From: Candidatus Micrarchaeota archaeon
Lineage (GTDB): Archaea > Micrarchaeota > Micrarchaeia > Anstonellales > Anstonellaceae
Reading direction: 5' to 3'
Length of the DNA: 12,261 nt
Assembly (NCBI GenBank): GCA_013331805.1
Contig: DUFS01000030.1
Coordinates: forward strand, 14,155 to 26,415
Numbering within the stretch: the stretch's first letter is position 1; the number at the start of each line of letters is the position of its first letter. The notes beneath the pieces were generated by a model. That model was not told where the DNA came from and made no database searches. It saw nothing but the letters and a program-made list of their open reading frames with translations. The position numbers and the translations under genes were made by a program. Below, piece after piece: positions 5,947-12,261 of this stretch.

Positions 5947-7833
5947 TCATGACTCCTGAGTATACAGCCTCCTTGTCCTGAACGGATTGAACCTGATGCC
6001 GTTTCCCTTGTAGAACTTGCCAAAGAACTCCACCACGTTCAGCCTGGCCCCGTGAATGAAGGACTCGAACATCGCGATAAAGCAGGACACTGCGTGGACC
6101 AGGATATAGATTGCGAGTGTGATAATGAAAATTACGATGCCAAGGGGCGAAAGCTCGAATTTGGGGAGCAGAAGCTCGTTTATCGCCTCTGCGAGTATGA
6201 CTCCGCCGACACCCACTGCCGCGATACGGATGTAGGACATTATGTTCGAGGCAAGCCCGGGTATTTCAACTGCCGCAATCGGGCCTTCGCCTGCCACCAG
6301 CCCGGCTATTGAAAGGACCATCAGGCCGATCGCCGGCACGCCAAGATCAGTATAAGCATTGAACATGAATGAGGCAACGATGAAATATCCTGCGATTTCC
6401 ACCCCGATCCAGGAAAGCTTGGCAATCGAGTGCTTCCTGTTGTGCCCCCACTCGTTTATTGCGCCCAAAAGGAAGCCCAGCGCAAGGTGGGCCATGCCAA
6501 CCATGATGGTAAGGTACATCAGGCTGCTCACCGAAGACACCCTGTGGAAGCCCTCATAGAGCTTCATGCTCCCGAATCCCAACAGGGAAAGAAGGTGCTC
6601 ATGCGTGAATCCGAAATACTCGTCAAAGACAATGCCTGCAAGGAATGCGGGTATTGCCGAGATCATCCAGATTTTTGCAAGATTGGAAAGAAGCCCTCCT
6701 GGCGCTGACTTCTTGTACATTGCAAATGCCATGAGGAATGAGAACACAGCGTAGCCGGCGTCCCCGAAAATAAGCGCGTAGAGGAGCGGCACCCAAAACA
6801 GCAGCAATACGCTTGGGTCAATCTCGTTGTAGTTGGTCGTGGAAAGGAACTCCACCAGGAACTGGAAGGGGCCTGCCTGCGCAGGATTCGAAAGCTTGGT
6901 GGGCGGAAGCTCATCGTGCCCTATGCTTGCCTCTGAAATATGCACCCTCTTGCCAAAGCGCCTGTGAAGCTCTGACTCCAGCCACCTGACTTTTCCGGAT
7001 TCCACGAAGCCCTCTATGTAATAGAGGGAGGCGCTTGCCGAAAACATGCTGGATATCCTGGCTCGCTCCGCCTCGATGGAAAGCGCCTCCTCGATTGCCA
7101 GGAGCTTGGGGGAGTGGAATTCAGAAAAGCGGGACAATTTGCCTTCCAGGAGCTGCAGCTTTTCCTGAAGCTCGGCTGCCTTTTCCTTCAGAACGGAAAG
7201 CTCGTGCCTGGGGGTGGAGGAAAGCCTGGGCAGGGGCAATATTTGCCCAAACCCCTCAAGCGACTTGAAATCTTCTGACTTGGGAATGGCAATCAGGAAA
7301 ACCTTGGCCGTTCCCTCAGAAGCAGCCTTGGTAAATGAGGAGTTCTTCCTTTTGGAAAGATGCTTCTCGGCTTTGGAAGCCTTGTCGCCCGATGACTTGA
7401 GCAGCGCAAACTGGACCGAACCTGCGTTCAAGTGGGAGAAGTTTACATGCAATCCCGCAATATCTGCGAGTGACTTTTGCGAATTTGAGGCAGCCTCAAG
7501 CTCCTTTGACAAATCCTCCTTTTGCTTTATGAGAAGGGCGAGCTTTTCGGATTCCTGAAGCATTTCGTCCGCTTCCCTGACCGGATCCTCCAGAAGATGG
7601 GGCCTTTTGGGAACTTTCAGGTTTTTCCCCAATGACTCCCTCATGGACCGTATGCGGATAAGTCGCGAGGATATGTCATCATAGGAGGAAAGCGGGCCTG
7701 CGCGCTCGAGTTCCGGAAGTTCCGCGTCCTTCAAATGGACGGCGCCCAAATTGTGCAGGGCTTTGATTACCGAAGGCGCAGAAGCCTTCAGGCAGATTGC
7801 CCTGACTTTGGACATCTTCACTGGTTTTAGCAT
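5947..7833 (-). CDS. atpI: A/V-type ATP synthase subunit I (a), 628 aa
   Basis: MLKPVKMSKV start, soluble N-terminal domain, YIEGFV, PPTKLSNP, YNEIDP, FGDAGY, multiple TM helices, SNIMSYIRIAAVG with the essential Arg, IHGARLNVVEFFGKFY. Start moved to ATG 7833, 10 nt after the atpH stop. Confidence 0.96.
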   Translation of the reverse strand: MLKPVKMSKVRAICLKASAPSVIKALHNLGAVHLKDAELPELERAGPLSSYDDISSRLIRIRSMRESLGKNLKVPKRPHLLEDPVREADEMLQESEKLALLIKQKEDLSKELEAASNSQKSLADIAGLHVNFSHLNAGSVQFALLKSSGDKASKAEKHLSKRKNSSFTKAASEGTAKVFLIAIPKSEDFKSLEGFGQILPLPRLSSTPRHELSVLKEKAAELQEKLQLLEGKLSRFSEFHSPKLLAIEEALSIEAERARISSMFSASASLYYIEGFVESGKVRWLESELHRRFGKRVHISEASIGHDELPPTKLSNPAQAGPFQFLVEFLSTTNYNEIDPSVLLLFWVPLLYALIFGDAGYAVFSFLMAFAMYKKSAPGGLLSNLAKIWMISAIPAFLAGIVFDEYFGFTHEHLLSLLGFGSMKLYEGFHRVSSVSSLMYLTIMVGMAHLALGFLLGAINEWGHNRKHSIAKLSWIGVEIAGYFIVASFMFNAYTDLGVPAIGLMVLSIAGLVAGEGPIAAVEIPGLASNIMSYIRIAAVGVGGVILAEAINELLLPKFELSPLGIVIFIITLAIYILVHAVSCFIAMFESFIHGARLNVVEFFGKFYKGNGIRFNPFRTRRLYTQES

Positions 7834-7843
7834 AGCTGCCCCT

Positions 7844-8242
7844 TTACAAAACGGATTTCGAAAGCGCGTCCACTTCCCGGTCGACCAGGCGTTTGGAGCG
7901 TATTTTCTCAGCATGCTTTTTCGACTCGCCTAAGATTGAGGAGACCTCCCTGTCCGTCTTTTGCCTCCCTTCGGCAAGCATTTCGTTCTTTGCCTGAACA
8001 GCCTTCTCATTGGCTTTCACCGTAATTTCAACAGCCTTTTCCCTGCCCATGGCCTCAATTGTTGCAGCCTCTTTTTTCGCCTGCTCGACCTTTTCCCCTG
8101 CAGCTTTTTCAGCCTCCTTGAGCTCCCTTATGCTGGCAAGGAATGCGTCGTGCTCGTTGTGCTCATGGTGATGCGGATGCCCGTGAGCGGCATGGACATG
8201 GGACTTGTCATGCGGTTTGCTGTGCGCTGACTCATTAGCCAC
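7844..8242 (-). CDS. atpH: A/V-type ATP synthase subunit H (peripheral stalk, G-like) with His-rich N-terminal extension
   Basis: IRELKEAEKAAGEKVEQAKKEA...I coiled-coil pattern; first gene of the operon before I; GTG start preceded by SD GGGTGA. Confidence 0.85.
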   Translation of the reverse strand: MANESAHSKPHDKSHVHAAHGHPHHHEHNEHDAFLASIRELKEAEKAAGEKVEQAKKEAATIEAMGREKAVEITVKANEKAVQAKNEMLAEGRQKTDREVSSILGESKKHAEKIRSKRLVDREVDALSKSVL

Positions 8243-8293
8243 AATATCACCCGAAAAAGAATTACCCGGAGTGCGGCTATTTCAGGGTTATTG

Positions 8294-8301
8294 CTTTTAA
8301 A
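8294..8301 (-). promoter_or_regulatory. Putative TATA box of the atp operon (TTTAAAAG)
   Basis: The only AT-rich TATA-like octamer in the ribL-atpH spacer, about 50 nt upstream of the atpH start, implying a leader of about 30 nt that contains the SD. Confidence 0.6.
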
Positions 8302-8350
8302 TGTATCTTGGCCGCACAAGCAAGAGGGCAGGCGGAATCAGGAGGAAATG

Positions 8351-8881
8351 TCACAGCCCCAGGTCGCGGATTATCCTGCTGGTTTTCGCAAGCCGCTCGT
8401 CCGCCTTCACTTCAAGCAAATGCACAACCTTGCAGGGAAGCTCAAAGGGCTTTTGGTCATAGCCAAAAACAACCACGTCCGGCCTTACCCGCCCGAACGT
8501 GTCCATCATTTCCCTTGCTCCGACCACAGCCAAGTCGACCCACCTTATTGCAGCGACCATCGCCCGCCTGTACTCTGCCTCGTGAATCGGCTTTTTGCCC
8601 TTGACCTTTTCCACCCGCTCATCAGTGGACACCACGACAACAAGTGCGTCGCCCAGCTCCGAAGCCTTTTGCAGAGTGAGCAAATGCCCTATGTGCAGTA
8701 TGTCGAATACCCCGCCTGTGAGCACCACCCTGAATTTCGCGCGCTCGCCTTGCTTCAGGTAGAATTTCCCGTTGCCTCTTTTTTCGAGAAGCTCCTTTTC
8801 GCTTGAGCCCAATTTTGAAAATTCGGTTTCGCTTATTCCATTCTCCTTTACTGAGACGAGGTAGAGTTCCTTGGCGTCCAT
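8351..8881 (-). CDS. ribL: Cytidylyltransferase-superfamily nucleotidyltransferase, probably archaeal FAD synthase (RibL-like), 176 aa
   Basis: VVLTGGVFDILHIGH (HxGH motif), LGDALVVVVSTD, KGKKPI...RRAMVAAIRWVDLAVVG, PDVVVFGYDQ, KTSRII. Start ATG 8881 preferred because the upstream 22 codons read like spacer. Exact substrate cannot be proven from sequence. Confidence 0.75.
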   Translation of the reverse strand: MDAKELYLVSVKENGISETEFSKLGSSEKELLEKRGNGKFYLKQGERAKFRVVLTGGVFDILHIGHLLTLQKASELGDALVVVVSTDERVEKVKGKKPIHEAEYRRAMVAAIRWVDLAVVGAREMMDTFGRVRPDVVVFGYDQKPFELPCKVVHLLEVKADERLAKTSRIIRDLGL

Positions 8882-8943
8882 GGCATCAACGCAGAGAGGA
8901 TGGGAACAATAGAATAAAAATAGATCAGAAAGTCGCAGCCAGA

Positions 8944-10281
8944 TCATATGAGCAGAAGTTCTGGTGCATTGCCTGGCTTTTTACCTGGTTCTCGCTCCAA
9001 CCCAATGGCAAGCGCCCTGGTCCTGAAAGCTACAAGAGTTACTACGCGGTCAAACGCGAGACCGAAGTCTGCAGAATCTCCCAGGATTCTTATGATTTCC
9101 TTCACGGTTCCGCTGAATGTGTGGGCGCTGCGATTTACTTTTCTGAAGAGCGACTCGACTTCCCCTGGAGATAGGTTATCCCCCCTGAGCACGGAATGGC
9201 GCCGGTCGTACTTGGCAAGGTCTTTCTCCACGATCCTTCCTTCCCGCTCCAATTTTCTGAATTGCGGCGAGCCTGGAAGAGGAGCAAGAAGATGGAATAC
9301 GCCGGTAAGATTTTTTTCCCTGAAGGCGCGTATTGTGGCATTTATGGTTTCGGCAGATTCATTAGTGTCCCCTATTATCATTGAGCGGAGGACCACAGCG
9401 CCGTTGGGCTCGCTCAGGAGGCTTCCGCCGTTTTTCCTGGCAGCTGAGACGTCCCCGTTCAAGTCCTCAACGCCATTGAGGAGGATTATGCAGGTCCTGG
9501 ACATCAGGTTCCACAGCTCAGGATCGCCAACAAGTTCCTTTGCAGTGGCCTCGCCGCCCCATCTCTTGCCTTTCCTTTCAATATCCGAAAACACTTCCCA
9601 CAGGTATTCCTTAGGATAAGACGAAAGATTTGGGTCGACGAAAAGGATTGTCTTTAGCGGGCCCATTTCTTCTTTTACCTGGGCAATGTCACGGATGCGG
9701 GGTTTCCTCATGTTGGGCGGCATCCCGCAGAATTGGCACGAATAGGTGCAGCCTCTCCCGATTTCCATGGGCTGCAGGGTGCGCCCGAAATCCCGGTCAA
9801 ACAGAACATAGTTCTTTTCTATATCAACGGGTTTGGCTTTGTAAAGCAGCCCATGTTTTCCCAGCTGGGCGTCTTTGACCACCATTTCCATGCTTTCTTC
9901 GCACTCCCCTGAAAAAACGCTGGCAGACGGCATAAACCTCTGGAAAACGCCCGGCATCATGCTTGGAAGCTGCCCTCCCACCACCACCGTCCCGAAGTTA
10001 TTCCGGATTTTCTCTTTCATTGCGGCAAGATAGCGAAAGGCGTCCACTGTGTTTATAGAAACGAGCGCAACGTCTCCTTTTGCCTTGCTGACAGCACAGT
10101 AGTCGGACAAATCAACCGCATGGGGCTTTTTTCCAGCAGCATCCTCAACTGCCTTGGAGATTATGCCCTCAGTTAAAACAGTGGAACCACCAAACCTGTC
10201 CAGCACGCTGGCTATCCTGCCATTGGCTTTCCCCCCCTTTTTAGCCGCAAATAGGACAATATCCGGCATGTAAACCATCAT
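8944..10281 (-). CDS. B12-binding-domain radical SAM protein (COG1032/YgiQ-like), function unknown
   Basis: GRGCTYSCQFCG (CxxxCxxC), FVDPNL, N-terminal Rossmann-like segment VVVGGQLPS...FSGECE, C-terminal LLAPLPGSPQFRKLEREGRI...YD. Start ambiguous (ATG 10281, 10278 or 10269). Confidence 0.88.
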   Translation of the reverse strand: MMVYMPDIVLFAAKKGGKANGRIASVLDRFGGSTVLTEGIISKAVEDAAGKKPHAVDLSDYCAVSKAKGDVALVSINTVDAFRYLAAMKEKIRNNFGTVVVGGQLPSMMPGVFQRFMPSASVFSGECEESMEMVVKDAQLGKHGLLYKAKPVDIEKNYVLFDRDFGRTLQPMEIGRGCTYSCQFCGMPPNMRKPRIRDIAQVKEEMGPLKTILFVDPNLSSYPKEYLWEVFSDIERKGKRWGGEATAKELVGDPELWNLMSRTCIILLNGVEDLNGDVSAARKNGGSLLSEPNGAVVLRSMIIGDTNESAETINATIRAFREKNLTGVFHLLAPLPGSPQFRKLEREGRIVEKDLAKYDRRHSVLRGDNLSPGEVESLFRKVNRSAHTFSGTVKEIIRILGDSADFGLAFDRVVTLVAFRTRALAIGLEREPGKKPGNAPELLLI

Positions 10282-10287
10282 TTACTC

Positions 10288-10303
10288 TTATATATACTTT
10301 TTG
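10288..10303 (-). promoter_or_regulatory. Putative BRE+TATA promoter (CAAAAAG-TATATATAA) of the radical SAM gene
   Basis: Purine-rich run directly followed by TATATATAA. A second candidate, TTTTAAAA, lies at 10321..10314. Confidence 0.6.
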
Positions 10304-10340
10304 ACACATTAAGTTTTAAAAGGGCATTTGCAGCGGTTTT

Positions 10341-10362
10341 GAAAGAGCACAAAAAAGAAGGA
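10341..10362 (-). terminator. Putative oligo-U terminator of asnS (TCCTTCTTTTTTGTGCTCTTTC)
   Basis: T6 tract within a pyrimidine-rich run about 25 nt after the asnS stop, typical of archaeal intrinsic termination. Confidence 0.5.
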
Positions 10363-10379
10363 GTCTGTTAAGGCTTGTA

Positions 10380-11690
10380 TTAAGGATAAACCCTGTTCAT
10401 CGTTCTCGGGAAGGGGATGGCGTCGCGTATGTGGTCCAGGTTGAGCACCCATTTCACCAACCGCTCTATCCCGAGCCCGAAGCCCGAGTGGGGGTAGGAG
10501 CCGTACCTGCGAAGGTCGATGTACCATCCGTAGTCCTTGGGGTTGAGGTCCTGCTCCTTCATCCTCTGCAATAGCTCGGGAAGCTCCCAAATCCTCTCCG
10601 AGCCCCCGATGATCTCCCCGTGCGCTGGGGCAAGGCAGTCAGCGTTGAGCACTGTTCCAGGGAAGCCAGGATCCTCGCGCATGTAGAATGCCTTTATGTC
10701 CTTGGGAAAGTTGGTGATGAACACCGGCTGGTCCTCCCCTTTGGTGAGAAGCGCCTCCTCGTCCGCGCCTATGTCCTGGCCCATTTTTATGTTGGCGCCC
10801 CTTTTGGCGGCAAGCTCGACCGCGTCCTGGTATGCCATCCTCTTGAAGTGCCCTTTCACTTTCTTTAGTTCGTCGGGATCCCTGCCAAGCGCAGACAGCA
10901 AGTCAGCGTGGTTCGAAGCCATTCTCTGGCAAACGTGCACCAGCATGCGCTCCTGCAGGTCCATGTTCATCCTCTGGTCGTAGAAAGCCATCTCGGGCTC
11001 AAGGTGCCAGTACTCGCAAAGATGCCGAACGGTTCTCGATGGCTCGGCGCGGAATGAGGGCGCAAGCACGTACACCTTCTCAAGCGCAGTGGTGAAAACT
11101 TCGGCGTAAAGCTGCGAGGACTGCGTAAGATACGCCCTGATGCCAAAGTAGTCTATTTCAAAAAGCGTGGAGCCGCCCTCGCAAGCTGCCCCGGTGATGA
11201 TCGGGGGGGCAAGCTCGAAAAACCCCTCCTTCTCGTCGAAGAATTCGCGCAGGTACTTGACAATGTAGTGGCGGGCCTTCATTACATTGGTGAGTTTCTG
11301 CGAGCGCAGCCACAAATGCCGCGTGTCCAGAAGGAATTCCACGGATTGGTCCTTTGCAATCGGGAACGGCTCGCCCTTCCAGACAAGTTTCACTTTCTCT
11401 GCAGCAAGCTCGTATCCTCCTGGCGCCCGCTTGTCCTCCTTTACAGTGCCTTCGAGCATGATTGTGGACTCGAGGTAGGCTTCGGACGCCTCCTTGAATG
11501 CCTCTTCTCCCACCGCGTCCTTTTTCACTGCGCACTGAAGCACGCCTGTGGAGTCGCGGACCACCACGAACGCCAGCCCGCCCGAGGTCCTGGAGCGGTG
11601 CACCCATCCCCTTATTTTTACCGCCTTGTTATTGTGGGAGCCCGAAAGAATGCCGCCAATCGGAACAAAATCTGTTGCCAAAGGGTCCAT
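10380..11690 (-). CDS. asnS: Asparagine--tRNA ligase (class IIb)
   Basis: OB-fold N-terminus (IRGWVHRSR...FVVVRDSTG..Q), CEGGSTLF, AYLTQSSQLY, motif 2 FRAEPSRTVRHLCEYWHLEPE, GEIIGGSER (AsnRS-type, unlike AspRS EISSG), motif 3 PHSGFGLGIERL, IRDAIPFPR. Confidence 0.95.
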   Translation of the reverse strand: MDPLATDFVPIGGILSGSHNNKAVKIRGWVHRSRTSGGLAFVVVRDSTGVLQCAVKKDAVGEEAFKEASEAYLESTIMLEGTVKEDKRAPGGYELAAEKVKLVWKGEPFPIAKDQSVEFLLDTRHLWLRSQKLTNVMKARHYIVKYLREFFDEKEGFFELAPPIITGAACEGGSTLFEIDYFGIRAYLTQSSQLYAEVFTTALEKVYVLAPSFRAEPSRTVRHLCEYWHLEPEMAFYDQRMNMDLQERMLVHVCQRMASNHADLLSALGRDPDELKKVKGHFKRMAYQDAVELAAKRGANIKMGQDIGADEEALLTKGEDQPVFITNFPKDIKAFYMREDPGFPGTVLNADCLAPAHGEIIGGSERIWELPELLQRMKEQDLNPKDYGWYIDLRRYGSYPHSGFGLGIERLVKWVLNLDHIRDAIPFPRTMNRVYP

Positions 11691-11733
11691 TTCAATCCCT
11701 CTTTTGAAGATGGCAGGAATAGAGGTGGAAATG

Positions 11734-11741
11734 ATATAAAA
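11734..11741 (-). promoter_or_regulatory. Putative TATA box of asnS (TTTTATAT)
   Basis: TATA-like octamer about 45 nt upstream of the asnS ATG; GAGGGA SD-like motif at 11701..11696. Confidence 0.5.
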
Positions 11742-11763
11742 GGAGAGGGCTTATTGCCACAAT

Positions 11764-12261
11764 TTATTGGCCATGCATTTGCTGGACCAACCTTAGGGGT
11801 ATCTTTTGAGGCTCGAAACGATCAAAGACATTGGGCGAAACACTTTTGTCGAAGAGAATGGTTTTTAGGAAAGCAACTTGCCTTACAACGCCAAATGTGT
11901 TTCCTATGACATCGAAGGAATACGACATAACCCGGTCTTCAAGAACATAATCCTTCTCGTTAAGGACAAGCAGTGGGTTATACTTCAAGTTGTCCGAGGT
12001 GAAAAGCTCTATGACCGGAAGAACATGTGCGACCCCCTGTTTGACCAATGCCTCAAAACCCGAGTTCTTGAATCTGACGGTTCCCTGATCAAAAAGGACT
12101 TTGAAACCCTCGTTTGTCAGGTGAAAATCGCAAGGTGAAAGCGTTTTAGGCCAAGAATCGAGCAAAGCGGGGTTTACAAATGCCTTTCCTTCAGTGGCCA
12201 AGGAAAAAATCTCGCTTGTTGAGTTCCGTTCAAACAGCATCTGGTGCTGGCTTGCTATTGC
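11764..12261 (-). CDS. Hypothetical protein, probably 5'-truncated by the window edge
   Basis: The frame of the 158-aa ORF (ATG 12240) stays open to 12261 (AIASQHQ-M...). Co-oriented with all neighbours, with its stop just upstream of the asnS promoter. No family recognised. Confidence 0.6.
   Translation of the reverse strand, partial: AIASQHQMLFERNSTSEIFSLATEGKAFVNPALLDSWPKTLSPCDFHLTNEGFKVLFDQGTVRFKNSGFEALVKQGVAHVLPVIELFTSDNLKYNPLLVLNEKDYVLEDRVMSYSFDVIGNTFGVVRQVAFLKTILFDKSVSPNVFDRFEPQKIPLRLVQQMHGQ

Noticed and set aside
7834..7914. Upstream extension of atpI to 7914
   Set aside because: Overlaps the atpH 3' end; MLKPVKM at 7833 is the canonical subunit I start.
8948..9619. 223-aa plus-strand ORF (also 4455..4976, 5362..5952, 8291..8806, 11268..11909)
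   Set aside because: Antisense to confidently identified genes, with Ser/Arg/Leu-rich shadow composition and no recognisable domains.
11878..12138. 86-aa plus-strand ORF with a possible TATA (GATATAAAAG, 11733..11742) upstream
   Set aside because: It is the in-register antisense of the longer minus-strand ORF, has a TTG start and no SD, and the TATA-like word is better explained as the asnS promoter on the other strand.
1..12261. CRISPR array, tRNA/rRNA, IS element or defence system
   Set aside because: No regularly spaced repeats, cloverleaf or transposase motifs seen; all spacers are short and accounted for.
1..12261. Assignment to a specific archaeal lineage (for example a DPANN group such as Micrarchaeota)
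   Set aside because: Archaeal origin is clear from gene order, TATA boxes and SD motifs, but the lineage needs a phylogeny that I cannot run.

Overview
Archaeal housekeeping region with every supported gene on the minus strand. In transcription order (right to left): a 5'-truncated hypothetical ORF, asparaginyl-tRNA synthetase (asnS), a divergent B12-binding-domain radical SAM enzyme, a RibL-like FAD synthase/cytidylyltransferase, then an A/V-type (A1AO) ATP synthase operon in the canonical archaeal order H-I-K-E-C-F-A. Subunit B probably starts at the left edge. Subunit A is interrupted inside its P-loop by a 527-aa LAGLIDADG intein. I found no clearly new biological system. The most notable unexplained signal is non-coding: the only three long spacers in the atp operon (before K, after K, before A) all fold into stem-loops, two with G-U pairs that work only on the mRNA strand, and one contains a perfect 26-bp palindrome next to the atpA ribosome-binding site. 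These spacers border the multi-copy subunits. Also notable are an 11-His N-terminal arm on subunit H, a c subunit lacking the Na+-ligand Ser/Thr and Tyr, and a basic N-terminal extension on subunit C.
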